DNA of 64,000 bases, taken from Eimeria praecox. Taxonomy: Eukaryota. A model generated the notes under the pieces. It was not told where the DNA came from. It saw only the letters and a program-made list of their open reading frames with translations, and searched no databases. The stretch covers positions 1,302,001-1,366,000 of the forward strand of contig OY986947.1 in NCBI GenBank assembly GCA_963920595.1, written 5' to 3'. Positions 1-12,900 of this stretch are shown here, one piece after another (position 1 is the stretch's first letter; every line of letters begins with the position of its first letter). Position numbers and translations under genes: made by a program.

Positions 1-1476
1 GAAGTAGAGGCCCTGCTGCTGCGGTTGCAGCATCGCAGCTGCAGTACAAGAACGGCACCCCCATTCAGCTGGCGCCGAGCCAGAGAACGAGCAAAAGCAG
101 TTGCTGCTGCAGCACGCAGCAGCAGCAGCAGCAGTTGCATCGGAACGGAAAGCAACTGGAAGTTCGACGGCGATATGTTGGTGCCAGGAGACACAGCAAA
201 AACAAAGTTCCTCAGGCAGGAGGCCCTAAAGAGAGTGCGGCAAAGGGCCAGAGAGGCGCGGGAGAAACAGCAGCAAGAGCTACTACAACAGCAACTAGAG
301 CAGGAGGAGCAGCACCTGCGCAGCCAGGTTCTCAGCAAGCAGTTAAGGCAGCGCACGTTACAGCGGATCAGAGAAAATGCTCTCAAGCAAGAGGAAGAGA
401 GGCAGCAGCAGGAACTGCTACAGCAGCAAATGATGCGGCAAGCCGAAGTGCAAAGGCAATATTGTGCGCGACACCGGAAGGCCCTTCAGCAGCGGCTCCT
501 GCAACAGCAGCAAGAGATTAAGGACAAGATAAGAATGCATGCAGAGGAGAGCGTCAGACAGTCCAGGGACGCAAAGGCAAGAGGAGACCTGATATATCTA
601 TATCTATAGAGGGACAGATATAGATATATAGATATAGATATATAGATATATAGATATATAGATATATAGATATATAGATATATAGATATATAGATATATA
701 GATATAGTTAGATAGATAGATAGGTAGATAGATAGAGATAGAGATAGAGATAGAGATAGAGATAGAGATAGAGATAGAGATATAATGTAGCATGTGTATA
801 TGTGTGCACACGTGCGTATTCGCATGTCAATAACATGCGCAGTGCTATATATTTTGCATGCACGCAACGTGTATATTTAGTGCACCATGTGTATTTAGTG
901 CACTTAGAGACGTATATGGGTTTCAGTCAGCCAGTGGGATGCAGTAGATGCCACAGTGATTGTTAATATAGCATTCAGCTCCCATGCTGCATGTTCCCCT
1001 TACGCCGGCATCTGTATGCCTTGACGGGTCCCTGCTCCCCTTTAGAATCCGTATGGCGGAAGCACCCCCTACTTTTGACAACTTGGTCTTGTTATCCAAT
1101 TGTTGTCTTATATGCACTTGCATGCGCATGCATGCACTTCGTGAAATGTTTTCTTAGTGTTATCGCTTTCCTTTGGCTTTATGCGAACTGGTGCAGGAGA
1201 GAATCGCAGCCGAAGTTGCAGCCTTTCGGCGCCGCACGGTTGAACGGCTGCAGGTACGTACTTATGGTCTAGCGTGTAGTAAGCGCTTGCCAAATGCCTC
1301 TCTATCGCCACGCAGGTGCTGCACGGCCAGCGTTACACAAACCACACGGTAGGGGCAGAGTTTGCAGTGAGTGGACAGTACTAAAAGCCATCACGCAGCA
1401 GTCGCTCCTCAGCAGCTTGCCTATGCAGGAGACCCAAAACAAAGGGGTTGTGTCTAAACTTCCCGGGAAGCGATAA
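1..1476 (+). CDS. 5'-partial multi-exon gene, Q/E/R-rich coiled-coil hypothetical protein; exons <1-576, 1197-1253, 1316-1348, 1429-1476
   Basis: Frame 1 is open from base 1. Phase-0 joins give ...RDAK|ERIAAEVAAFRRRTVERLQ|VLHGQRYTNHT|ETQNKGVVSKLPGKR*. All acceptors are CAG. Donors are AAG|GCAAG (GC type), CAG|GTACG and ACG|GTAGG. Confidence 0.7.
592..783. repeat. Compound AT-rich microsatellite (GATATATA)n/(GATA)n/(GATAGA)n inside an intron
   Basis: Directly visible tandem array whose unit shifts from 8-mer to 4-mer to 6-mer. Confidence 0.95.
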
Positions 1477-1521
1477 GCATAAGAATGCAGCGAGTGCACT
1501 GAACACGTTCAGGGTCTTCAA

Positions 1522-4500
1522 CTAGTCACCTTGGCTCGCACGGCGCAATAATGGACTTTTATTTATTAGGCTACGCAGTAGAGCGAGGGTCCCCAAGTAG
1601 TAGCCTTCACCCAGTAAATAATACGGAAAAATGTAGGCAATGCGACTTCTGCATACGTCGGTTGTTTTCTGGGGCTTCAGAAATACGCTGCTGCCTCTCG
1701 GGCATCCTCCATCCCTACTATTAGATGGGAAGAAGAACGCCGAAACGACCCCAGGGTACCACCCCCTCAATCTTTGATATACGCGTCCCTGCGTGCTGCT
1801 TGTGTACATATTTTGGCGTTTACTGACAAGCACAGACTCATGCTTGTGCTGATCTTCATATCTATTAGCATGCATGCTGACACAAAAATGCATGCATGCG
1901 TTATGCTGCTGTCAGAGGCGCCTTCCACCGTGTTGGTGAAATACATAGCTCCCATAAATGCACGCCGCTGCTCTATTTTGTATGCCACTTTTGGGCAGGT
2001 CATTGAGGGGCCCTTGAAAGCTTTGATGCGTCTGCGAGAGGCTCGCCGCCTCAGAAATGAATTCTTCGAGGTGTAAGGAGACTCCATAAGTGTCCGCTAT
2101 GCTTACACGCCAAACCCCTAACCCTGTTTAGGGGGATGAGGCCTTATCCAGTGCGAAATTCAACGCCTGGTGAATCATGCTGGACCTAGAAAGGGTGACG
2201 AGCTAGGGCGACAACATCCTTAGCTGCTGATTAGCACGCAATAGCGCTGATTAGCAGGCAGCTTGCTCATCAACTAGACAGAGGAAAGCTATAGCTGCAA
2301 GCTTTTCCCATTTTTCGTCTTTCAACGCAACTGCGTGCACTCTTCTTGTGAGTATTCTTTGCACCTAGTCGTGCCGGTGTTCTTAGCCTGTGCTCTCGGG
2401 CTTTATGCTGTCATCATTGGCTGTACTTTGGCGCATTATGTGATCTATAATTCCTCTTCACTCGCTCTTTTGAAGAGAGCTGTTAGTTGTAGTTCGCTGA
2501 TAAACAGTGGCAAGACTCCAAGAAAGCTCTCAGATGCATGGGCTTCTCGAATGCTACCTCTCCCAGTGCACCACAGCACTTGCATTACTGAAACGAACGG
2601 CAGACGTAAGAATGCATTGGTCTTGAAAGAAGGTGTCCTACTTGACTGAAACACTAAAAGGGTGAGCATGGCATATTACGTTAAGGTGAATAGCATTAAG
2701 CTCATAAGCCGCGCGGTTCCTTTCTGCTGAGCTTTTGGAAATCAATTTAGACGCCTAATGCCCACAGGCATGGCGTTTGTAATTAATGCATGAAGTATAC
2801 CGAATCGCATCGCGCTTGCACAGTGGATCGTGGTAGGGCCTGCGAAGCACCACCTGCTCTAAAGGATTTGGCTGTGCCAACTATCCCCAGACAGCAGCAG
2901 CCTTGAGCAGTAGCATGTGCAGCCTTCCACAGCCGCCAAAGTCGGAACCTAGAGTCGCTGTTTTCTGCATTGCTTAGATGACCTGCAGCACGTTTAGCTG
3001 CGTTTAACGCCTCTCTTCTTACTGCTGTCTCTGCTGGTGCCATTGCTGCTGCTATTACTGCTGGTATCGGTGCAGCAATACCAGCGAAGGACACACAACC
3101 AGTTAGCCCTACCATCCGTCGTGCTCAGGCTCTCGCATCTATACGAATGGTAGCAGGCAACTAACACAGCAGAGCCGAAATATTTCCTGCTCTGCAACTC
3201 CGTGGGAGCTTGTCCTCATACAAAGCCGCCAGCGGAGCCAAGATACTAATCTGCGCTGCATTTATCACTAAAATTTCCAATAGTAGTATCTAGAGCATAT
3301 TGCCTTATCTCCGGAAATATCAGGCTGCTAAAGCCTAAACGTGGTGGATATCTACTCGCACTAGCATACACTACTAGGTGGGTTAGGCGACTAGTATTGG
3401 AAAAGGTTGTCCTTAGCGGTAATCTGCCTGAGCAACACTTGATGCAGGCTTCGCGCCCACATTTCACATTCCTTCTCTTCCTGTGAACTCCGTTTATGGC
3501 CCCCGAAGTGCTGCAGGTCGATTCGCTGGCTCATACAAGGCATTAAATTGAGCGGCACCAGACGCTGCAGTTGCCGTTGCTGCAAGTTGTCTCCCCACTC
3601 AGATGACTGCGCACTGCTGTACCGAGCCTGTAACTCCTGCAGCAAGAGCAGGTCGTCTTCCACCCTTGCCAGAGCTTCTCTACAGCAACAGAAAAACAGC
3701 GTAAGCGCAGTCACCTCAGGTCATGCTCACGCAAACAGCATAACACGTCTGTGTATATGTTCCTACATCTGCGTATGTGCACGTTTCTTTAAAATAATAT
3801 TCATGCGCAGTTAGAGTTCATTAAAGCAAAAACCGAATGGTTACAGCAGGCGTAAAGCACTGTACACCACGTCAAGCACAGCATAAGGTCTGCAGTGAGT
3901 GATGTGTTCGCGCATTCCCGTTGCAGCTTCTTGTGTAAGTAAAAAACGCCCACAAGTAGGGCTCCATGTATTCACTGTTATGCAGCATTTGAACGGCCAG
4001 GCAACTACAGAGTATTCAAGCACGTTTTAAGATGGTAGAGCACATCTGTTGGTCCTCGTGGCCCTTACTTTATGCGAGAACACCGCCGCCCGGCGTTCCC
4101 TGAAACTGCCGATCCGTATCCTCTCAGGCTCGCTCTGCAAAGGAGGGACCCCAAGTGGCCCCTTACCTCCTCAAGCTCCCTTTCTGCAGATACAGTCGGG
4201 AGGGGACTCTTCGTCGATGCACCACCTCCCGCCACAGTTAGGAGGCCATAAGCATGCCTGCTTAGCTTTCCGACCATGAATACACAAAGGTATTGAAGCA
4301 AATATGCGACTATAAATATACTCAGAGGCTCGGCCGAATAGATATTTACTTTAATATACCCATACGGCAAGACAGATAAAGGTCGATATTAGCTACACAG
4401 GCATTTGCATGCAAAAATAATTGTAGTAACGTTTCGGTACATTGCAGGCCCAAGTTTAGAGTCTGTGACATTCCCCGCCCCCGATAGATTAATTCAGTTT

Positions 4501-5650
4501 TGCCGTTTGTCGCTTTCTTCAGTTAATGCACCATTCAGACAGCTCACCTGCTGCAACGAACATTCGGCGGGAAAAGAAGACTCTCGACCTTAGATATCTG
4601 TCTTTGATGTCTAGCCTTCGTGTGCTGAGGCCTGTGGGGGGTGCAGCAGCTCCTGTGGGTCCCAGCGCACGCTGCTGCTTCGAGCCTTTCAGCAGGTGCA
4701 TGGCATTCCAGGTGTGGGCAACACAGCCTCCGACCAGTCCGTATTGCTGCAGCATTTGTACAGCGCCTTGAAGTGTCCTGACAGCTAGGGAAGCGCAGCC
4801 TTCGTCCCAGTAGCGTATAGAAAGGTTGTAAATGCTGGCAAGGCGATGGGGGCAAAACGTAAGGCCAGATGTTTGCCGGTTCTGTCCTTGAAAGGAAGCT
4901 GGCATGCTGCTGCTAGGGTGCATCTGCAGCACCTGCTTCACGTCAGAGTCATGATGCCGTTGCTGCTGGTGCAGCGCTACCCGCTGCATGCGCTCAGCCC
5001 AGCGCCATTCATTGTGCGCCTCCGTCACCTGCTGCTGCTGCTCTCGCCGAGCAGCCACCAGCTCCTGATGACGTTGATGAGGGCTTCTCAGCTGCTGTTG
5101 CTGCTGTTGTCGATGTGGTCCACTCGAGGTTTTCGTTTTTGTTCCTTTCGCTTCTGGCGTAGGCCGAGTAAAGGCTCCTGTTAGCTCCTCAGCTTGGTCA
5201 CGGGATACCTAAGAGAAGGAAACTTCATTATCACGAACCTGAAACTTTGATTCTAAAGCATTTTCTGCTCCTTTATCCCGGAAACCCTTGCCCTACCTCG
5301 ACTAACTCGGCTGAATGTGGTACACTCCACGAGTCCTAATGACGCACAATCCGCGCAATTAAGGAAGTCTTTGAGAAGCCCCTCAGCGCGTGGGCCAGTT
5401 TACCCTGACTCCACACTCCTACAAGGCGTAGAATCACCAACTTTGAGACCCAAACTCCTTCCCAGGGAACTCTTTGTCTTTCTGTTCAAGTTTATGGGGT
5501 GCATCTTTCGTCGGTGCCAAATACACGGATATACCTCTGCTTTGGGGGGCGGGAAAGATGCGTCACTGGCTGACGGAAGAGGACTACAAGTCCCGCCCTC
5601 GAGGTGGTGAATGAATTTCTCGTTTATGGCTGAGTCTTGAAGCGTTGCTG
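1522..5650 (-). CDS. Multi-exon hypothetical protein (ends approximate); clearest exon 5208-~4547, further exons near 4270-4165, 4135-4068, 3680-3440, 3115-2870 and 2080-1900
   Basis: Minus-strand ORFs 4519-5058 (Q-rich, extends in frame to a TAG acceptor at 5209-5211), 3391-3714, 2783-3115 and 1767-2087, flanked by GTGAG/GTAAG donors and CAG/TAG acceptors. No recognisable domain. Confidence 0.5.
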
Positions 5651-8600
5651 CAGCAGGAGCAGAAGCTCACTTGGACCACAAGAATGTAGGGGGCTTGGCA
5701 GCGAGCACCAATATAACGATGCAGCAGCAGCAGGGGCAGTGCGCCTCACAGAACGAGCCTTGGTACTCTAATGACGCTGCCTCCGTTTCGTGCGCATCAC
5801 CGACAAAAGGAGTCGACATTGTCGGGAAGGCATATTGCTGCCAAGGCTCCTCAGGTGTGCTGACTGAACTCCTTGTCCTCCTTTAGCAAAGACGGGAAGA
5901 GGCGAGACTGGCGGGCATGACCATCAGTAATATACCCTTTAATATAGTCCCCGGGTTCTATGCCGTGAAAGCCCTAAAATGGTGAGCAATTATTCCCAAG
6001 CATGTAGTATGCTTGTCCGTAATTTCAGTTGTCCAGTTGCCCGCAGGCCCCTGGAGGCTAAGCAGTAGACGTCAACGCAGCTGAGCAAAGACAAGGCAGA
6101 AGATGGATTTTGATTGATTGAGAAACTCCTTGAAAATAGGCGAGTCTTTAGATTTACATTTCGGCATGCGCAATAGGGCAAAAACGGCGACGCAGCGACG
6201 ATCCTGTCCAAAGCTTTGGAGACAAGAGTTGCTTATGCGTTCTTGTGGTGTTCACGTAGGCCATTGTGAAAGCATACAAATCCTGATGTTCCGGGTTAAA
6301 GGAGGGTTTCATATTTCAGTTGGAGAGGGTCTCACCGTAAACCGCAACACCCCCGAGAGGCGCAACCCGATAAAAACCCGTTTTCAAGATGTCCTCAACA
6401 CGCTTCCCACTATGCTGCAGCTAGCAGTAAATAGTGTCTCTCGTTTCCCAGCTTTGACACAATACAGATGGTGTATGTGTGTATTGTTGAGTTGGGCTCC
6501 CCCGGTGGGCGTGCACCCCAAAGGGAGGTCCAACGGGATGCATGAGAGAGACAGCGACTGGAGTTAAGCATGCAGTCCAGATATATTCAAAGGAGTTAAT
6601 GGAGGTACAAAAATACAACTAAATAATTTATCCAAGTCAAGTGAAAGGGAAGAGTCACGATCTGATTGCACTGACCATTGTGTGCCTTGAGCCGGGGTCA
6701 CCGTCGCTCACTGTCGTTCACAACAATTAAATGGGAAAAGATGTTTCCTGCGGCCGCATAGGCAACATTAAGAAATATTTTTGGCTCATTCAAACTGGGT
6801 TCGTGGAATTATTAACCTCGTTGATAGATAAGGTGTGAGCTCTTTTTGTCGTTATTGGCCCACAAGGTTTACACCGATCTCCCGTCAGTTTCTAGTCGTT
6901 TTGCGCAAATATTTCTCGCGTAAAGTTTCAATATGTAGACCCATAGTAGCTGGGGAACTAACTCTCGCCGCTTTTTTGTCACCTGCTTCGGTTTTCTAGC
7001 TCTCCCTGGCAGTAGATAGCTAATTTCCCCCCTCACCGAGTGAAACTCCCGCTGCTTGCTTTATTGTAATCGGAGAGCCCGCTTCCACTGTAGGCAGCAG
7101 GCCGCAAGGCATGGCAACACTGTAATCCAACTTCTCTTTGACGCTTACTAAGAAATGTGTGTTTAAGCTGTGGCCAACATTACCGACGGAAATGTACAAG
7201 CTCCCAACCGAGACCCGTGTGTGAAAAATGCATGCAAATTCAGCCGTTTGAACACCTGCCGCCCGTCAAGCGTGGGATGTAAACCAAGCGTTGCAAAAAC
7301 GTTATTTCATAAGCGTTGCGTGGCAACGACTCCGTTCCTCTCTCCTGCTTAGTCTTTCGGCCCCCCGCAGCCAAAAGGCTACTCTGAGGGAAAGTTCTTA
7401 GGGGATGCCGTTATGTTCGCTCAGCGGAGAACGTACATTGCACCTTACATTCGAATAGAACATCACATGTGCATTAATCTTCCTCTAAATGTATCAGTAA
7501 ACCTTACTCGGCTTGTTGCACTGATATGGTGAACTTCCGTGTCATTTTCCTATGATTAAAGGTTTTTGGGTGCCGAAATCTCTCAGCAGCAGCCTTGCCG
7601 CCACTTGTTCGTGTTTTTAATGTACAGAAGTTCTACCCGTGTTCCTTTGCGCTACTGGTTATTTTCTAGTTTGTGAATCGAGTTGTCCAAGGCAAAGCAA
7701 GAGCTCATGTGCTAGCAGCTGCAAATGAACTTCCGGCATTGCCCGCCTGCTTCGTCGCGCGTTGTAGCATTTAGTTCATTTCCCTAGCTTTCATCTCCCG
7801 TTGGTTTTGGTTGGTGGTGTCAGTTAAATGTTTTTTTGTTTTGCAAGTAAGATTTTCTATCCGAACGGCTGAAGAGACCACAAAAACATCCGGTACAAAT
7901 GCAGGCAGTGAAATTTCGAGCAGCTATTATGGCCCAGGGGAGAATTGATCCTACCAAAAGCCACCTGCGGGGCATGCTCCAGGGAGAGGCACTTGTATAG
8001 AAACCATTCGTGGCTGGAAAGGCTTCCGGGAATGGTCGGGCAGCAGATGGGTGCATCTAGGGTTACACGGCACAGACTTACTGCCTTCCTTCATATGAGC
8101 AAATGCCGTGGCCTGTACAGGCTTCTGGGGCGTGCATGCTCATTCTCCTACCAATCTATTGGTTTCAGCGTTGTGATTTGCTCAGCTGAAACTATGTCAG
8201 TGTACAATTTGCCTTTTTTCCCCCAAATCAGCATCCCCTGTCTTCGTGTGGCGCCCTTGCTTGGGGGAGGTTACTCCCTTCGCACAACTTGTGCATGCAC
8301 AGATTCATGCAGGCATGCCATACGTGTCAATGCATCGCACACACGGTAGGTAGAGAATGCGTTTGTTAGTCTGCTTTTCCCCTCAGTGGCGTGCAAACAC
8401 AGTTTTGCATCTGTGCTAACTCTCCAGTAGATTGGGCATAGGAAGGTTTTGAAAGGCGATTATTTGTTGATTAAATATTCTTGTTAGGGCTTAGCAGTCT
8501 ATTTTTTAAATATACTGGGGCCTGCATGCTACAGAAGCACAAACGCTGTAGGAGGCGGTTCTTTGCAGTCGCTCAGAAGCCGAGAGCGATTTAGGTGTAC

Positions 8601-9953
8601 GCTGCGCACTTCAGCTCGTAGCTGCTGTTATCTCCCCTATCTCGCCGGCAGCTATTTGTTGCATTGTTTGTAGCTGCACTGGGCTTGTACGTTCTATTGC
8701 AGCAACGACGAGTTGAAACGAAGCCCTCAAGGCAAGCATTGCAGTCACTACGGTAGGGGAGCCTTATAATGCAAGCATGCGCCAGCTGAGGCCCAGATAG
8801 AACCCTATTAAAGACTTATACCTTCAGTGTATTTTCCACTCAGGGGAACTGTCAAGTTTATTAAAGGGAAAAGTGTGTGCTTGTTCAAAGTAAACCACTA
8901 CAGTACGGACGTCAAAAAACAGGCCTCTAGTATATGCCTGACCACCACCCCCTTACTCCCTAATTGTAGGCGAACTCTATAAGTACACTTGATTTGATCA
9001 TTTTTGCTCCATTTCTTATACCCCGTTTAGATTGTAAGGCCGTGCGGTGGGGTGAGACCCAATGCCTCGCCTGTGGGCCAAGGGTGCCAGGGTCACCTCT
9101 CCATCAACGTGGTTTATGTGCCACTGTCGAGCCTACTAGCGCGTACCTCTAAAAGCCGCTTTTCCTTTGGGTTTCTTTGGGGCTATATTTCCCTTCGAAA
9201 AGAAAAAAAGTCGTCTTCGCTTTGCTACAGCGGGAGAGGCGGGTGGGCCGGACCTCTCAAATGAGCTGGTAGCAGGCCTCACGATAATAATCTGCGGCTG
9301 GCATATTTGAAGTTCGCACTCCAGCTTATCGAAATCTAAGGAGGCCTTACCAACGGCCCTAGCCACGGCTAGAGGCGTATCACTTCATAAGGGCCCCTTC
9401 ACCCGCTGCCGGCTCGGCAGGGCCTTCAGGCCGGCAGCTTCTTGACGCCTATTGCATTTGTCGTGCCTCGCTTCGCTCGCATTTCAAAGGTCAGCCCTTC
9501 CGAGAAATGGGCACAACTGCTACTTTGCTGAGCAAGTGCACAGGAGCTGCTCCTGAAGCCTCACAACCCAAAGGCTGCAGCCGCATAATCTATTGGGCCT
9601 TGCACTGCACAACTTCCAAAGAGGCTATTTCCCTGTTGCTGCTTGAATAGTCTTGCTGTTAACTCCCTAATCCCCAAACCCTGCAGGCTAGGCCTGCATT
9701 GGGGCCCCCAGGAGCAGGTATTCGCCGGAGCGAGGGAGACAGCAAGAGGAGAAAACGCGGACTGGCCCGTCACAGAGGGTGAGAAGGAAGTCAAAGAAGG
9801 CGGCCCTAAAGGAAACGCTTGAGGCTACAGCACATTCTTTTGTCAATCCCATGGTACGGCTGCTGATACATTTGCTGCATAAGCAACAGCAGCAAGCTTC
9901 TGGGACGTGAACACAACTGCCGCTTCAAACAGTGCACCTGAAGGCATTAGACA

Positions 9954-12900
9954 ATGGGGAACCCACAGCCGCAACAGCAGCAAGAACTGCAGCAGCAAGA
10001 ACAAGAACAGCAGCAGGATTCGCTGGTGGCAGCACAGCCACAAGTAGACCCCCCGCAACGCCTCCAAACCCCTCGAAGCCATGTTATGGGACTCCCAAAC
10101 GTTGGTACCCTGTCACAGGTGGAGGCCTCAGGAGGGCTTCCTGCAGACTCACCTGCCCAATGCCAGCTTAATGCTGGAGCGTTGGCCCTCTTCGCCCCTT
10201 CAATCCGCACGCCGCCACCCCGGCGGCATTCGGCCAACTTTAAAGGGGATTGGAGGTCCCCTTTCCCGTCTGACATGTCACGAAACACCCCGTCGACATC
10301 CTCGAGGACGAGGCACACATGGGATCGCCGAACTAAAGGCCCCCCACCAGTTTCTGAAGGGCTAACTCAGGTCACGGATACAAACACTCAGTCCTTCCAC
10401 CCAAACGCTAGCCGCAGGGGCAGTAGGGTAGCGCAAGCAGAAGCTTCCCGCCCGCAGCAGCAGCAAAGAGACCACAACCAACTGCAAGAGCAGGAGGTGC
10501 AGCAAGTGAACCGCCTCCACACAGGCAGTACGGGCCCTGTGGGCGGAAGGGAAGATTCTGAAAATCCCAGTACATCTGCGCCCTCCATAATCATCTCACC
10601 TCCAGACAGTTTTGTCGAAACTCGAACTTCATCTCTGCCGCAGCTGCAGGGCCAGGGCAGCACGCCTGCTGATGATGATGAGCAAGTGCAGCAAGTCTCT
10701 AACACAAACCTTTGTGCGGCTGCTGCAGCTGCACCGCATCCCTCTGGTACACCTAGGGAACCCAATGGAGAGCTTGTCTCAAACCCCCTGCCGAGGTCTA
10801 CTGAAGAGAAACACCAGGGACAGCAGCAGCAGCAGAAGGGTCCTCGGGGCCCATCTGGTAGAAGTCGCAGGGGGAGAAAGAGAAGGGATTGTGGCACTAG
10901 GAGTGATCCATCCGGTCGCAAGCTCTCTTCAGGGGCCCCTCTCGGCCCATTTGAATCCATAAGTCAACCTTCATTCACTAGCCAGAGGCCTCATGAGAAT
11001 GATTGTTGGGATGGTCTGCCGTACTTCGAGATGCCTGCTAAGCCGCTGCATGCCGCGCACATACTCGAGCTCTCGCCGTTGCTGCTGGCAAAGGTGTTGC
11101 AGCTGCTGCCGGTGGGATCAGTAGCAGCATTCGGTTCCACCTGTTGGAGAGCTCGTCGTGTGCTCCTATCCTACTCTTGCATTATTTCTCTTTCGGCGCG
11201 AAACGTCTCCTCTCTTCTGTCGCTTCCGCCAGCTGCACTCAAACGGCAGCTGCCATTCCTATCAGGACTCAAGAGTCTCGAGCTAGAGCTCACTTCAGCG
11301 GTGTCTCCCCCCTTATTTTTGGGTGCAGCAGCAGCAGCAGCAGCAGCTGCTGCTGCTGCTGCTGCAGGAAATCTGCTGAGGCCTACCGATGCTGGGTTCG
11401 AGCAACCGGGAATCAATAACAACGCATGGAGTGAGCAAGTACACACTCCTAGAGGAGCACGCGGGGAAAGAAGGCAACAGCAGCAGCGTACGGCGAGTAG
11501 CGGCCGGCAACAACAAGCAGTTCAACCAGGAGGGCACGAAAGCCAGAGGGACGCAACCGGAGGAAGGCTGTCTACAATACCCTCTTTGTCTCGCCTGTCT
11601 TGGGCATACGGCCTTGTGCAAGGAAGAGCCCTTGAGCTCCTGCGCGTACAGCCAGCCTTTTGTGGAGCATCCGGTACTACTGGGGAGACGCAACCCCATG
11701 CAGCTGCACCTTCGTCCCCTCCATCGCCCTGGACAACCTACACTGCAGCCAATGCTTCGCCGCTGCTCAGCTCTCTTTGCCACCTGAAGTCTCTCTCGGC
11801 AAAACTCAAGCTCTCACCCACAGGAACCCAGGGGGACGCTCAAGCCTCCACAGAGTTGCTACTTCTCCTGCAGATGCTGCTGCACCGAAACGCCAATTCT
11901 CTTGTTTCAGTAAAAATCGCAGTCGATCTCTCAGCCTCCTCAGTGCGTCTACATACCTGAAGGTAGCGTAAAACAGAGGTTTAATGCAATTAGAGGTCCT
12001 TGAGCCTACTCATCAGGGCGTCAGGGCAGAAGCCGGACTTCTGCCGCATCACGTCCCTCAGTATCACATCTCTTGAGAGTTCAGCGTGCTAGGCATTGGG
12101 GCAACAAGCGCGGCCTCAAGCACCAATTGATATGTTGTAGAGCTCACTGCATGAAGTTTTTTCTTTACGGAGTATGGCTATGCAGCCCACGTGGCGCCAC
12201 GTCCCTCCCTTGCTGCTCCCGCCTTCTCTGCCCCTTCTGAAGTCGCTCTATATCGACTTTCCTTTCCAAGTAAGGCACCAGCAGCGCGATGTGAGGGGGA
12301 CATTTTGTCCTTCGTCACGGTAAAAATAGAGTTCGTGATATTACAAGTGACCGTATGCATAGCGTGCAGTACCAAAGGGAACAGCCGCGCCTGTGCGAGC
12401 AAGTGGAGGTTCCTTTTCCTGTGTGCGTTTCCTTGACCCGTTGAGTTACTGCATTTTCGTTTCCCTTGCAGGTGACATCCAGCGTGTCAATTTCTCTTGG
12501 ATTTTCAACTCTTTCGATCCACTCTGCCCAGAGACTAATGCTAATGAAAACGGGCCTACTTTGGCGGGAGCCTACCAGCCCCGATGGGTCTGCATGCCCT
12601 TGTTGTCCAAGAAAGCTATCGTCTGGAGACAGCGGTCCTGCAGGGTCTTGTGCGGTTAGCCATGACCACTATGAGGCCTCACCCGAGAGTTGCTGTGCAC
12701 TTCTTGAGGTCGAAGAGGCTGCGTTTGAGCGTCTAAAGGAGCAGCTGGGGGCGCCAGCCCCAGCCCCCTCTGCTCAAGCGGACGCGACCGCGGCAGTGAA
12801 TGAGCCTTCACCAGCCAGAAACAGTGGAGAGTCGCACTGCATTCAACCGAACGTTGTCGCGCTTCTTCTGTTGAGCGAGAGCAGCATGGCAGCTTTACAC

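Noticed and set aside
554..867. ORFs 554-811 and 604-867 (ISISIS / SLSLSL peptides)
   Set aside because: Translations of the intronic microsatellite
2111..2135. Telomere-like AAACCCT sequence
   Set aside because: Only about two imperfect units, not an array
6000..9900. Short ORFs between the divergent genes
   Set aside because: No protein-like features or consistent splice chain; probably UTR or promoter DNA
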